Source of the DNA: Candidatus Altimarinota bacterium
GTDB taxonomy: Bacteria; Patescibacteriota; Gracilibacteria; UBA1369
DNA: 64,000 bases
Assembly: GCA_963677745.1 (NCBI GenBank)
Contig: OY782391.1
Span: 576,001 to 640,000 of the forward strand
Reading direction: 5' to 3'
The position numbers were made by a program, and so were the translations under genes. The notes under the pieces are model-generated. The model was not told the origin of the DNA. It ran no database searches and saw nothing but the letters and a program-made list of their open reading frames with translations. Below are positions 11,326 to 21,400 of this stretch, piece after piece. Each line of letters opens with the position of its first letter. Within the stretch, counting starts at the first letter, position 1.

Positions 11326-12177
11326 TCAGTTTCCGGCCTCCAGATGACTGCTGCTTTGTATACCCTTAATCTCAACCCTCACACCTGATTCAACCGATTG
11401 CACCGGTCCGCGAACCTGGTTTTGCTCGCCCGCAGGTTCAAGAAAACCGATAATGCTGGCCATCAAGACCACTCCCAACAAAAAGGTCAGAGTCTGCAGC
11501 CAGCGTTTGTCTTTTTTAAAATCTTCATGAAGAGCCGGAATCAAGTCGGAACAGGAAATATAGATAAACATCCCGGCATTAAAAGCCAGCAAAAACGGTA
11601 AGGCCTCCTTCACAGATGACAGAAAATACCAGCCAACCACCGCTCCGATTACCGCAGTCAACCCGGATAAAAAATTATATATAATAGCCTTCCAGAATTT
11701 AAAACCGCTGTGAATCAAGGTAATAAAATCAGCCAGCTCGCTGGGTATTTCATGGAGAATAATGGCCAGAGTCGTCACCATACCCAAACCAAAACTCACG
11801 CTGAAGGCGGCGGCAATCGCCAGACCATCAAAAAAGTTGTGCAGGGAGTCTCCCACCAGCACCAGATAGGCAGCCGGCTGAATCTCCTGTTCGCGGCTGT
11901 GTAAATGAGTATGGTGGTGATACCAGTGAATCATCCTCTCCATCACAAAAAACAGACATATCCCCAAAAGCAACGCGGTATAAAGCTCCTTCCCGGAGTA
12001 AATCTCGACCGCCTCCGGCAACAGATCCATTACAGCAGCAACCAGCATTACACCGGCAGCCATACTTAACAGAGCCCCCCCATAACGATTAGTCAGATAA
12101 TTCTTCCTGAAAAACAGGACGGCGCCAGTCAGAGACATCAGACTGACTATCACGGTCGCCAAAATAGCATTAAACAT
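11326..12177 (-). CDS. ZIP family metal (Zn) transporter
   Basis: His-rich loop HWYHHHTHLH, GDSLHNFFDG, HEIPSE; multiple TM helices. Confidence 0.93.
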   Translation of the reverse strand: MFNAILATVIVSLMSLTGAVLFFRKNYLTNRYGGALLSMAAGVMLVAAVMDLLPEAVEIYSGKELYTALLLGICLFFVMERMIHWYHHHTHLHSREQEIQPAAYLVLVGDSLHNFFDGLAIAAAFSVSFGLGMVTTLAIILHEIPSELADFITLIHSGFKFWKAIIYNFLSGLTAVIGAVVGWYFLSSVKEALPFLLAFNAGMFIYISCSDLIPALHEDFKKDKRWLQTLTFLLGVVLMASIIGFLEPAGEQNQVRGPVQSVESGVRVEIKGIQSSSHLEAGN

Positions 12178-12300
12178 GAACAGACGTTTTAAAACAGAAT
12201 AATTCTACCGAGCAGACTATAACAATAAACCGCTTACCGCAACTATTTGACAAATTCGAAAATTTCGTCCAAACTTAACCCTAATTTTATCGCTACCAAT

Positions 12301-12831
12301 ATGAATAAATTCGAAAAATCTCCCGGTAAAAGCGGCCGCAAAGCAAGGGGAACCATGCAGTGGACCGACCTTCCTCTCCCTGCCGGTGAAAAACCCGCCA
12401 CGAAACCTGAACAGCCGCTTAGTCAGGAGATTCCCAGTCCCACGGTAATAGCCCGGATCGGACTGCGACAAGTCCTTCCGGAGGAACTGGTCACCTACAA
12501 AATTGAACAGTTGTTGACCGCCAATAACGTCGAAGCCGCCTTGACCCTGACCATCAACTATCAAATCACCCTGTCACCGGAGTTGCAGCGCCGGACTGCC
12601 GATCTTTGCGTCCGGAAATTTTTACAAATTGCCCAGTCCGGCGCAGTCCCCCTTCCCGAACCTCAAACGGAAAAAGATTTAAATGTCTGGCTGAAAAGAG
12701 CCGTTAATTATTATCTGGGGGCCAATTACCCGCAGGGAATCTGGGAAGCGGCTGAAGCCATGCTCAAAGCAAACAGATTGGTTGAAAGCAACTTCCTGGC
12801 CAGCGCTTTTCTCAACCGGGACCTGGACTGA
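12301..12831 (+). CDS. Hypothetical protein
   Basis: ATG at 12301; the listed TTG start overlaps a ttgaca -35-like element at 12248. Confidence 0.6.
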   Translation: MNKFEKSPGKSGRKARGTMQWTDLPLPAGEKPATKPEQPLSQEIPSPTVIARIGLRQVLPEELVTYKIEQLLTANNVEAALTLTINYQITLSPELQRRTADLCVRKFLQIAQSGAVPLPEPQTEKDLNVWLKRAVNYYLGANYPQGIWEAAEAMLKANRLVESNFLASAFLNRDLD

Positions 12832-12835
12832 TTTA

Positions 12836-14269
12836 CTAAAGATAGGACAATCTCAGCACGTATTTATCACCGGGGGCATCACTTATCAGTATTCCCCTGG
12901 CCAGCAGTTCGGCACGAATCCCGTCGGCCTTTTCATATTCTTTATTGCTCTTGAAAAACAGTCTCTGTTTTATCTTCTCCTGTATCTCGGAATCTTTTTC
13001 CACCCGGGCCAAATTGACCAGATAACGGTCGTAGATCAGTCTGATAAAACCCAATACCCCGTCCAGCTCAAACAAATATTCCTTCAGCAATTTGGCCTGA
13101 ACCGGGTTGATCCTTTTAATCTGCCTGTTCACTTCGGCCAGCAGATTCATCAGTTCGGCAAATGCGCCGCTGACATTCAGATCTTCGTCCATCGCCTCCA
13201 GAAACTTTTGCCTGCTCCCTTCCACCAGACCAGCCGCGTCGAAATCATTTTCTCCGGTCGCGGTAATAAAATCCAGATCGATCAGCGTGTCCAGAATTTT
13301 TTTGGCAATCGCCTGAGCCTCATCCAGCCCCACAAAAGTAAAATTCAGGTTTTGACGGTAATGAACCTTCATCAATACTATCCTTACCAGAATCGGCAAA
13401 TAACCTTTATCGGCAATCTCACGCAAAGTAAAAAAATTGCCCAGAGACTTGGACATTTTCTGCCCTTCGATCAGCAGATGAGCGTTGTGCATCCAATACT
13501 TCACAAAATGCTTGCCGGTACACCCTTCCGACTGGGCAATCTCATTGGTATGATGAGGAAAAACCAGATCCTCTCCTCCACAATGAATATCAAAACTCTC
13601 GCCCAGATATTTCATTGACATGGCTGAACATTCTATATGCCACCCCGGTCGGCCTTTACCGAATTCCGTCTCCCAATAAACATCCCCGTCTTCCTCTTTC
13701 CAGCCCTTCCACAAAACAAAATCATTGGCACTGTCCTTCTCATACTCATCTTTAACGTTCAAACGCTGATCAGCGTTTTCTTTCAAATTCTGCTTGGAAA
13801 GCTCGGCCAATTCTCCATAATTTTCCGACTTGGAAATACTGAAATAAATTGAATCACCCTGTTTATAGGCATAACCCTTTTCCAGCAAAGACCTGATAAT
13901 TGAGATCATTTCCTCAAGATGTTCGGTAGCCCGGGGCATCACGTCCGGCAACCGGACATTGACCGAATCCAAATCTTTTATAAACGCTTCCTCATAAAAA
14001 TCGGTGAATTCCTTCAGCGTCTTCCCGGACTTCTGGCTGTCCCGAATGGTCTTGTCGTCGACATCGGTAATATTCATCACATGTGTTACTTCATAACCGC
14101 GCCAAACCAGATAGCGTTTCAGCATGTCCACAAAAACATAGGCCCGCAGATTCCCCAGATGAACATAGTTGTAGACCGTCGGACCGCAGGAATAAAGACC
14201 AACTTTATTCTTGTGCAGAGGTTTGAACTCCTCCAGTTTTCTGGTCAGCGTGTTGAAAATTTTCAGCAT
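12836..14269 (-). CDS. cysS: Cysteine--tRNA ligase
   Basis: CGPTVY, HLGN, GRPGWHIEC, FPHHTNE, KMSKS. Confidence 0.98.
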   Translation of the reverse strand: MLKIFNTLTRKLEEFKPLHKNKVGLYSCGPTVYNYVHLGNLRAYVFVDMLKRYLVWRGYEVTHVMNITDVDDKTIRDSQKSGKTLKEFTDFYEEAFIKDLDSVNVRLPDVMPRATEHLEEMISIIRSLLEKGYAYKQGDSIYFSISKSENYGELAELSKQNLKENADQRLNVKDEYEKDSANDFVLWKGWKEEDGDVYWETEFGKGRPGWHIECSAMSMKYLGESFDIHCGGEDLVFPHHTNEIAQSEGCTGKHFVKYWMHNAHLLIEGQKMSKSLGNFFTLREIADKGYLPILVRIVLMKVHYRQNLNFTFVGLDEAQAIAKKILDTLIDLDFITATGENDFDAAGLVEGSRQKFLEAMDEDLNVSGAFAELMNLLAEVNRQIKRINPVQAKLLKEYLFELDGVLGFIRLIYDRYLVNLARVEKDSEIQEKIKQRLFFKSNKEYEKADGIRAELLARGILISDAPGDKYVLRLSYL

Positions 14270-14313
14270 ATTATATTATTAATAACGTCTGCCGGCATAT
14301 TCGCAAACAGCAT

Positions 14314-14730
14314 CTATTTGAGTCCGTGTTCATTGAAACAATGACTGTATTTTTTATCCTCAACCATTATATGGTTGGCAAACCAGTCGATGGCAAAAGT
14401 GGATACTTCACCAAACAGTTCTTTCAAATCGACATCGGCTACATCCATTCTTTTCAGATATTCCTTCATGGTGCTTCTGTACAGATTGTGCATCTCAATA
14501 TGATGAGAAGCCCCCTCATAGTCGAATTTCTTAAAAAAGGCTTCTTCGGTCTGTAAATGATAAAAAGCATAATCAATCAACTCTTTCAGAATTGCACCCA
14601 GTACGGCCTTGTCGATCTGCAGGGCTTCCAACGAATCAACAATTCTATTGACGATGCTAAAATAATGCTGATGCTGTTCATCAATCATTTTCACGTTGAC
14701 GCTGTAATGTTCATCCCAGATAAATTTCAT
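14314..14730 (-). CDS. Bacteriohemerythrin
   Basis: W...YSVNVKMIDEQH, HxxxEE, HxxxH, W..NHIMVED. Confidence 0.92.
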   Translation of the reverse strand: MKFIWDEHYSVNVKMIDEQHQHYFSIVNRIVDSLEALQIDKAVLGAILKELIDYAFYHLQTEEAFFKKFDYEGASHHIEMHNLYRSTMKEYLKRMDVADVDLKELFGEVSTFAIDWFANHIMVEDKKYSHCFNEHGLK

Positions 14731-14800
14731 AGATAGCGCAAATTATGAAAATACTAAAGCGGCAGGCCGATTATAGCATATATATTACTCTCCGCAGACC

Positions 14801-15100
14801 TTATTTTTTGGCAGCTTTTTTACCGGAGGCAGGTTTGCTTTTCTTGTTTTCCTCCTCACTCATCCGAATCACCTGGACGGTCACCACTCCCACCATCACT
14901 CCCAGCACGCCGGCCACCGCCAGCACCGGCACCAGCACCGTACCGATTACACCGATAGTTACGGGTATTTCCAGATAGGTGTTTTTACCTTTTTCATCCA
15001 TAATCCTGATCTTGCGGATGTTACCTTCGTGCAAAAGTTTTTTAAGGTGTTTTACCAAATCCTCCCCCACCACCTTGAAAGTATCATTGTTTTTGTTCAT
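14801..15100 (-). CDS. DUF4342 domain protein
   Basis: LKKLLHEGNIRKIRI...LEIPVTIG followed by a hydrophobic stretch. Confidence 0.85.
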   Translation of the reverse strand: MNKNNDTFKVVGEDLVKHLKKLLHEGNIRKIRIMDEKGKNTYLEIPVTIGVIGTVLVPVLAVAGVLGVMVGVVTVQVIRMSEEENKKSKPASGKKAAKK

Positions 15101-15167
15101 CGGTTTTTTATTAATATTTATAACCCGATAATACTATATTGCTGCGAAATCACAATCAGCTCAAAAA

Positions 15168-15311
15168 TCAGACGCCAATCGCCTTTACCGCCTCCTCTTT
15201 AGTAATTTCCAGGTAACTGTCGGAAGCCTTGCAGGTGGGACAGGGGCTGGGTCCAGCCACTCCATAATGTATATCTCCGCAGACTTTGCATCTATAGAAT
15301 TTTTTGTTCAT
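15168..15311 (-). CDS. Rubredoxin-like small protein, 47 aa (not in the ORF track)
   Basis: Manual translation MNKKFYRCKVCGDIHYGVAGPSPCPTCKASDSYLEITKEEAVKAIGV*, with CxxC...CPxC. Confidence 0.85.
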   Translation of the reverse strand: MNKKFYRCKVCGDIHYGVAGPSPCPTCKASDSYLEITKEEAVKAIGV

Positions 15312-15387
15312 TTTTATCAGCTTATAATTTTATTTACCCCCATCATAACACTCCCCCGCCTGTATCGGAAATGATCGGACCGCCCCC

Positions 15388-16059
15388 TCACTTCAACCTA
15401 AACGGATTAAAATCGGTCCGGTAATCATAATGGTCCTCCTGTTCGTCTTTTTTCAGTCTGCCGACTATGAAATAGGTCAGAGGTGCCAAAACCACCTCCA
15501 CACCTATTTTGAAAACATAGTTGGAAATCATGATTGTCCATAATAAATCTTTGCCCAAGACCCCCCCAAAAGCGATCGTCACAAAAAGCAGCGTGTCAAC
15601 CACATAACCAAGTAAAGAAGATCCCCATAACCTTGCCCACAAATGTCGGCCTTTGGTCATCACCTTCATCTTTGCCAAAACATAAGAATTTAAAAATTCC
15701 CCGGCAAAATAAGCAATCAGACTGGCCGCGACTATTCGGGGGGTCATTCCCAGGATAGTGTCATAAGCAGACTGTCCCTGCCACTCCGCCGACGACGGAA
15801 GCCAGCCCACCAACATGATGGTTAACATCGCAAACAACAGCAGAAAGAAACCTGTCCAGATCACCTCCCGTGATTTCTCATAACCGTAGACCTCGGTCAA
15901 AATATCCCCAAAAATATAGCTAAGGGGGAAAAGCACGGTCCCCCCGTCAAAAGTAAACGGCCCCAGTACCAGAATCTTGGAGGAAACAATATTGGAGGCC
16001 AGCAGAATCACGGCGAAAAAAGCCGTAATCAGACTCAAATATTTGTAATTTTTATTCAT
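15388..16059 (-). CDS. Queuosine precursor transporter (YhhQ/VUT family)
   Basis: SNIVSSK, FPLSYIFGDILTEVYG, PRIVAASLIAY, DTLLF. Confidence 0.9.
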   Translation of the reverse strand: MNKNYKYLSLITAFFAVILLASNIVSSKILVLGPFTFDGGTVLFPLSYIFGDILTEVYGYEKSREVIWTGFFLLLFAMLTIMLVGWLPSSAEWQGQSAYDTILGMTPRIVAASLIAYFAGEFLNSYVLAKMKVMTKGRHLWARLWGSSLLGYVVDTLLFVTIAFGGVLGKDLLWTIMISNYVFKIGVEVVLAPLTYFIVGRLKKDEQEDHYDYRTDFNPFRLK

Positions 16060-16179
16060 TAAAAATTTTTATAACCAAAACCAGATTTGTTTTACTCCGG
16101 GAAAGGAACTTTGTCACTAACCGCTCTTGATGCTATCATTTCCCCAGTGGCACGCCCTTCTTTCCTGACCATTTCACCT

Positions 16180-16770
16180 ATGATTTTCACACCCCTCATC
16201 TATAAGGCCCTCAACACCGCAGCGCGGTTGCATCAGGATCAACAGCGCAAAGCCCTCGACCAGCCTTACATTGTGCATCCGGTAGGCGTGGCCATGATTC
16301 TGTCCCGTTACACCGACGATCAAAACATAATTGCCGCGGCCCTGCTCCACGACGTGCTGGAAGATGTTCCCTCCTATAATGAAAATGATATGTTACGGGA
16401 TTTCGGACCGGACATTGTCCGCACCGTGAAGGAAGTCAGCGAAAAAAAAGACCCCCGTCATCCCGACAACACGCCCGGCAACTGGAAACAGCGTAAAGAA
16501 GGGTATTTGGCCAATCTTCAGCATGATTCCGAAGCCGCCCTGCTGGTCTGCGCCGCGGATAAAATTCACAATCTGATATCCCTGCGCGAGTCTTATCAGA
16601 TCCTGGGAGTAAAAGCTTTCAGTTTTTTTCACACCACCACCGGAGACAAACTCTGGTTTTACCGTTCTGTTCTGGAAATATTAAAAAACCATCTCCAAAA
16701 CCCCATTGTGGATGAGCTGTCTCAACTGCTGGCAACGGTGGAACTGGAAGTTGAAGCTCTGGAAAAATAA
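16180..16770 (+). CDS. HD-domain protein, small alarmone hydrolase (Mesh1/SpoT-HD-like)
   Basis: HxxQxRK, PYIVHP, AALLHDVLED, ADKIHN. Confidence 0.88.
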   Translation: MIFTPLIYKALNTAARLHQDQQRKALDQPYIVHPVGVAMILSRYTDDQNIIAAALLHDVLEDVPSYNENDMLRDFGPDIVRTVKEVSEKKDPRHPDNTPGNWKQRKEGYLANLQHDSEAALLVCAADKIHNLISLRESYQILGVKAFSFFHTTTGDKLWFYRSVLEILKNHLQNPIVDELSQLLATVELEVEALEK

Positions 16771-17549
16771 TTCTTTCCCAAAAGAACCGTCCCCGTCAGT
16801 ACCAGCAACAGATAGATCCCGGGATAAAAATAGACCGGCATGCTGAATCCGTCCGGATTTACGCGTAAAAAAGAATTTAACAGGCGGAACAGGGAAAAAC
16901 CCGTAAGAAAAACAACCATCACGGTACCATCCGGCCTTTTTTTCCTAAGCAAAACAAACGCGGTTACACTCAGAAAAAGCGCCGCCGCCAGTTCATACAG
17001 CTGTGTCGGATGCACAGCCAGCACCTCCAAAAAATTCCCATGCCCGGACAGCTGATGCAGATGAGCCGGACTGAGCAAAGGGAATTTCACCCCCCAGGGA
17101 AGATCAGTCTCAATGCCAAAACAGCAGCCCTGCAAAAAGCAGCCAATCCTCATCACGGCAATGCTGATTCCCAGAAAAGGCACAAAAGTATCCCCCAGAC
17201 GGAAGACCTTGATACCGATACTGCGGCTGACCAGATAACCGGCCAGCACGGCAGCCAAAATCCCTCCGTAAAGTGAAAAACCGGAACTGGATATTTCCAG
17301 TAATTTGGCGGGTTCTGCCCAATAAGAATCCAGATTAACAAGAGCGTTCAAAAGTCTCGCCCCCACGACTGCAGCAGTCAGCATCGCCGCCAAAACCGGC
17401 ACTAGCTGTCCTATCTTAAACCCCCGCCGCCTCCCGTAAATCAGACAACCTGCCAGCGCCACCAGCACTGCCAGACCGAAGAACAGGGCATAAGGCCCAA
17501 ATTCCACGGTCCGGCCGAAAATCAATAATTGTACCTGAAACGGATACAT
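16722..17549 (-). CDS. Prolipoprotein diacylglyceryl transferase family paralog (GCCxG type)
   Basis: GARL, SLYGG, RIGCFLQGCCFG, HPTQLYE. Confidence 0.88.
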   Translation of the reverse strand: MYPFQVQLLIFGRTVEFGPYALFFGLAVLVALAGCLIYGRRRGFKIGQLVPVLAAMLTAAVVGARLLNALVNLDSYWAEPAKLLEISSSGFSLYGGILAAVLAGYLVSRSIGIKVFRLGDTFVPFLGISIAVMRIGCFLQGCCFGIETDLPWGVKFPLLSPAHLHQLSGHGNFLEVLAVHPTQLYELAAALFLSVTAFVLLRKKRPDGTVMVVFLTGFSLFRLLNSFLRVNPDGFSMPVYFYPGIYLLLVLTGTVLLGKNYFSRASTSSSTVASS

Positions 17550-17564
17550 TTTTTATAAAGATAA

Positions 17565-20219
17565 TTACAGTTGAGGAGTTCCCCCGGCATTTTCCGTTGT
17601 CGGAGCCTCTCCTGCATCGCCATCGGCACCCGTAGTCCCGGTTTCGCCGCCGACTGCGGTTACGGGCTTCACCGGCGGTTTGGGAACTTCCTTGGAAGCA
17701 CTCACGTCAGCCTTGATCTTCAGTCCCCCTCTTCCATAATTGATCTCCATTCCACCCGTATTCTTATAGACACCGTTCTCTTCGGTTACATTCATATTGA
17801 TCGAAACCGACGCATCTTTTTCCGAAAACGAAGCAACGATATTGCCTTCTTCATAGGTAAAAGGTACCGACTTGGAATCCCCGTCACCGAATTTCAAAAT
17901 CAAATTTCCTCCGGTTTCACTGGTCGGCTCCATAGAGATGGCCAGAGCCTGTTTTTTCCCTTTCTGTTTTTCTATTTCGGAAATATCACAGCCTTCCTTT
18001 TGGGCCTGTGCCCTGAAAGCCTCCGTCGTCTCCACGTCGGAAATAATCATGCTTCCGTCACCCCATTTTCCAGCCAGATCTTTCAGGTCGGGAGCCGTAT
18101 TGATTCCCGGAATAATCCCCTTATCGATAAAATCCTTGGTCATTTCCTTGAACAGATCATCGGCCTTATTGGCTACCAGGTTGTCGATATAGGTTGTAAA
18201 ATCCTTGCCCAGAACTGCAATCAGTGAATCTTTATATCCCTTCAAAGTATTTTCAAAAGCCGTTTCCACAAATTCCTTGTAAGCCTCCTTGGCCCCGGCG
18301 GTGGAGTTTTTCATAACAGTCTGTCCGCTCTTTTTCAACAGATCCAGGAATTTCTGATTAATGGCCTTACTGGTGGCGGCAATTTCCCTGGTTATTGCCT
18401 CCTTGATCTCTATGTCGATGGCATTGGTAACTAATTTTGTAACCTGTTCCGGTGTCAGTTTGGTGTTTTTTAGAATTTCATTAGTCAGACCCTTGATTGC
18501 TTTTACGTCTCCTTTAAAAAGAGAGCTTCCAATAAAATTCACGCCTTTCTCGCCAAACAATTTCAGGGCTTCCTTGGATCCTTTGGCAAACTGGGACCCG
18601 CTCACCAGAACCTTCGATCCGCCGATAAACGACAAACCGATATCCAGCGTTCCTTCGACAATTTCTCCTGTAGTGGACTGGGTGTTGGCAACCTTGGTAA
18701 TGCCCTTGCCCAAGCTGGTAAACAGATTGGCGGTCATTTCCCCGGCATGTCCGGCCAGCCAGCTGCTCCAGCCCTTACCCATCACACTTTCCACAGCCGA
18801 CTCCGCAGCTTTTCCGGTCCCCTTTTCCACCGCGTCAAAATATCCGGTGGCGGTTTTCAAAGTCTCACTGCCCGATTTACCCGCTTTGAAATTATCCCCG
18901 ATCTTTTTATAATTACCGCCTATTTCAGTGACTATTTCTTTAACCGAATTTCCGTTGGCCACTCCGTAAATTACATCAGCGGCCGATTTGGTATGGGCGC
19001 CCAGAGTATCCAGTTCCACACCGATCACAGTTGTGGCGGTATTATAGCCGGCTGTAGCTGCCTTCCAGGTAAATGCCCCCAGAGACTTGGTTCCCTGAAC
19101 GCCGGACTTTCCAACACCCTTCAGAATTTCCAATGCCTTCTGCGCATAACCGGGTTCTTCAGCCATCGCAACAGGAATCAATCCGCCCTGCGCTTCCTCA
19201 TCCGCAAAAGCCAGTAATTCTTTCTGATCAACCTGGGCCAGTTGTTGTTTTATATCGTTGTTAAAATCTCCGAAACTTTTGGCCAGCGCTTTGACAAATG
19301 CCACATCGTCGGCGGTCAAATCGCCTTTTGGCGCCAGACTGTCAATTTGCGGCTGCAGTGTGGCCAGATTTTCTTCCACATACTGCACCGAAGCCATCCC
19401 CATATAATATTCGGCGGTATTAATTCTCTTCAGCATCACGTTAATCTCCTGCTGTTTCTGTTGAATGGCTAAAAGTTTTTCACCAAGCAAGTCCACCTGT
19501 CCCGGCACGTCTTTTTCCAGAACCGCAGCCAGATCTTTCATCGGTTGCAGGGACGATTTCTGCAAAGCGGTTTGGAGATTCATTAATCCTCCGACCGTTT
19601 CTGCGGTATCAAGTGACAACAAATCGACGTTTTCCAGAGCCAAATAGGTCTTCTGATATTTCATCAGGGCGGAGGTTGTCGGTTGAGTAATGGCAGCAAT
19701 GTCAATACTGTCAAAATGAACAAAATTGGTCACATATTTCACTTCCGGTTCAATCAAGACTTTGGCTACTTCCTTCAACTGCTTGCCCAGTTTATTGTTC
19801 AGTTCCAGCGTCTGTCCCAGATAGTCGATATATTTATTCTTCAATGTTTTCAACTCGGTTGCATAAGCCACAGAGTCAATATTCAGCTGTTCAACGTTCT
19901 TCATTATTTCATCCACCAGCACGATTTTCATCTCCTGAAATTTTTTCAAACCGGGCTGTGTATAATTGGCATTACCGGCATAAAAAGGCCCCGCCACGGC
20001 AATACTGTTCATTGTGTCGTTCTCGGTCAGACTTTTGATCTGCGTCTCGGAATAATCATATTCCATCGTAAAAGGTTTGGCCGCAATCTCCTCCAAAGTT
20101 GGCTCCTTGGGTTGCTGCACACCGCCACCCAGCTCGGCCGGTAAACCCGGTATATTCTGGCAACCGGTCATCATAAAAATCATCGTCAGAAACAGTACGA
20201 AGGAAATTTTTTTCTTCAT
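17565..20219 (-). CDS. Large predicted lipoprotein (~884 aa), function unknown
   Basis: Signal peptide with lipobox MKKKISFVLFLTMIFMMTG-C; helical body, beta-rich C-terminal domain. Confidence 0.8.
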   Translation of the reverse strand: MKKKISFVLFLTMIFMMTGCQNIPGLPAELGGGVQQPKEPTLEEIAAKPFTMEYDYSETQIKSLTENDTMNSIAVAGPFYAGNANYTQPGLKKFQEMKIVLVDEIMKNVEQLNIDSVAYATELKTLKNKYIDYLGQTLELNNKLGKQLKEVAKVLIEPEVKYVTNFVHFDSIDIAAITQPTTSALMKYQKTYLALENVDLLSLDTAETVGGLMNLQTALQKSSLQPMKDLAAVLEKDVPGQVDLLGEKLLAIQQKQQEINVMLKRINTAEYYMGMASVQYVEENLATLQPQIDSLAPKGDLTADDVAFVKALAKSFGDFNNDIKQQLAQVDQKELLAFADEEAQGGLIPVAMAEEPGYAQKALEILKGVGKSGVQGTKSLGAFTWKAATAGYNTATTVIGVELDTLGAHTKSAADVIYGVANGNSVKEIVTEIGGNYKKIGDNFKAGKSGSETLKTATGYFDAVEKGTGKAAESAVESVMGKGWSSWLAGHAGEMTANLFTSLGKGITKVANTQSTTGEIVEGTLDIGLSFIGGSKVLVSGSQFAKGSKEALKLFGEKGVNFIGSSLFKGDVKAIKGLTNEILKNTKLTPEQVTKLVTNAIDIEIKEAITREIAATSKAINQKFLDLLKKSGQTVMKNSTAGAKEAYKEFVETAFENTLKGYKDSLIAVLGKDFTTYIDNLVANKADDLFKEMTKDFIDKGIIPGINTAPDLKDLAGKWGDGSMIISDVETTEAFRAQAQKEGCDISEIEKQKGKKQALAISMEPTSETGGNLILKFGDGDSKSVPFTYEEGNIVASFSEKDASVSINMNVTEENGVYKNTGGMEINYGRGGLKIKADVSASKEVPKPPVKPVTAVGGETGTTGADGDAGEAPTTENAGGTPQL

Positions 20220-20292
20220 AAATAATTGTAAAATGAAATCACCGGTCATCTTCGCACATCACCGTAAAACAGACAAGACGTCCCGATTTTTT

Positions 20293-21195
20293 CTACTTGG
20301 TCTCGATGGAAGCAATCAACTGCTGCATCAGCTCGGAAGATTTGCCAATATGACTGTCCATAAATACCACCTTGCTGCCATTGCTGTTGCCGATACTTTT
20401 CAGGGTATCCAGATACTGGGTCAGAGTCAGTATAGCCAGAATTTCTTTTGACTCCTGATGGGTGGCGGTTTTCATGATTTCAAATGAATCTTTCAAACCG
20501 CGGGCGATTGCTTCCCTTTCCAAAGCAATACCTTCACCCTGCAGCTGCTTTCTGATTTTCTCTGCCTCGGCTTCTTTCACGGCCTGAATCTTAATTGCTT
20601 CTCCCTTGTTTTCAGCAGCCTTGCGCAACTGTTCCGATGCCACCACTTCCGACATGGCTGTGGTGATGGTAATCGGAAAATTAACATTGGTAATCTGAAA
20701 ACTTTTAATTACAATTCCCCATTCCTCCAGCTGTTTTTCCAGATCGGTCTTGATATGCATCGCCAGTTCTTCCTTCTTTTCCAGAATACCTTCATGGGTT
20801 TCACGGGCAATATAGGTACGCAGTGAATTCTCAATCACCGCGCCGATTGACTGGTCCCGGTTTTGCAACGCATAGGTAAAACGTTTAATTCCTTCCTCGC
20901 TGGCATCAATACCGTAAATCAGATTGGTTGCCACATCCACAATTACCTTGTCTTTGGAAGGATATTTTCCGTCAATGGCGAAATTCAGCTGCCGCAAAGA
21001 AACCTTGGAAGCAACCCGTTCCACCAAGGGGATCTTAAAATTAATACCGGCACCCATGATACGGTTGAATTTACCGAGCATCTCAATTACCAAAACCGTG
21101 TTCTGCTGAACAATCCTGATGTTTTTAAAAATGATTAACACCACCAATAACACCACCAGTCCGGTCCAGACTTGTTGTGCGCTTAAATCTTCCAT
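20293..21195 (-). CDS. SPFH/band 7 domain protein
   Basis: N-terminal TM, IVQQ...VIEMLGKF, coiled-coil AEAEK...GEGIA. Confidence 0.92.
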   Translation of the reverse strand: MEDLSAQQVWTGLVVLLVVLIIFKNIRIVQQNTVLVIEMLGKFNRIMGAGINFKIPLVERVASKVSLRQLNFAIDGKYPSKDKVIVDVATNLIYGIDASEEGIKRFTYALQNRDQSIGAVIENSLRTYIARETHEGILEKKEELAMHIKTDLEKQLEEWGIVIKSFQITNVNFPITITTAMSEVVASEQLRKAAENKGEAIKIQAVKEAEAEKIRKQLQGEGIALEREAIARGLKDSFEIMKTATHQESKEILAILTLTQYLDTLKSIGNSNGSKVVFMDSHIGKSSELMQQLIASIETK

Positions 21196-21400
21196 AGTTA
21201 TTAAAATAACAAATTAAATAACAGCTTATGGCAAATTAGCCTAAACACAGCAAATTATCCAGTAGATCGCAAACGGCTGTCTTAATTCCTACGCCCGCCT
21301 TCTCTTATCCCCGCCCGGCAATGGCAAATTGTTTTAACAAAACATTTGAAGTGCTAAAATTGACCAGTTTTTCCGCTCTTGTCACTTATTCTCCGGTCTT

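Noticed and set aside
16060-16140. preQ1 riboswitch upstream of the queuosine precursor transporter
   Set aside because: Could not find the P1 stem, loop and A-rich tail consensus; needs an Infernal search
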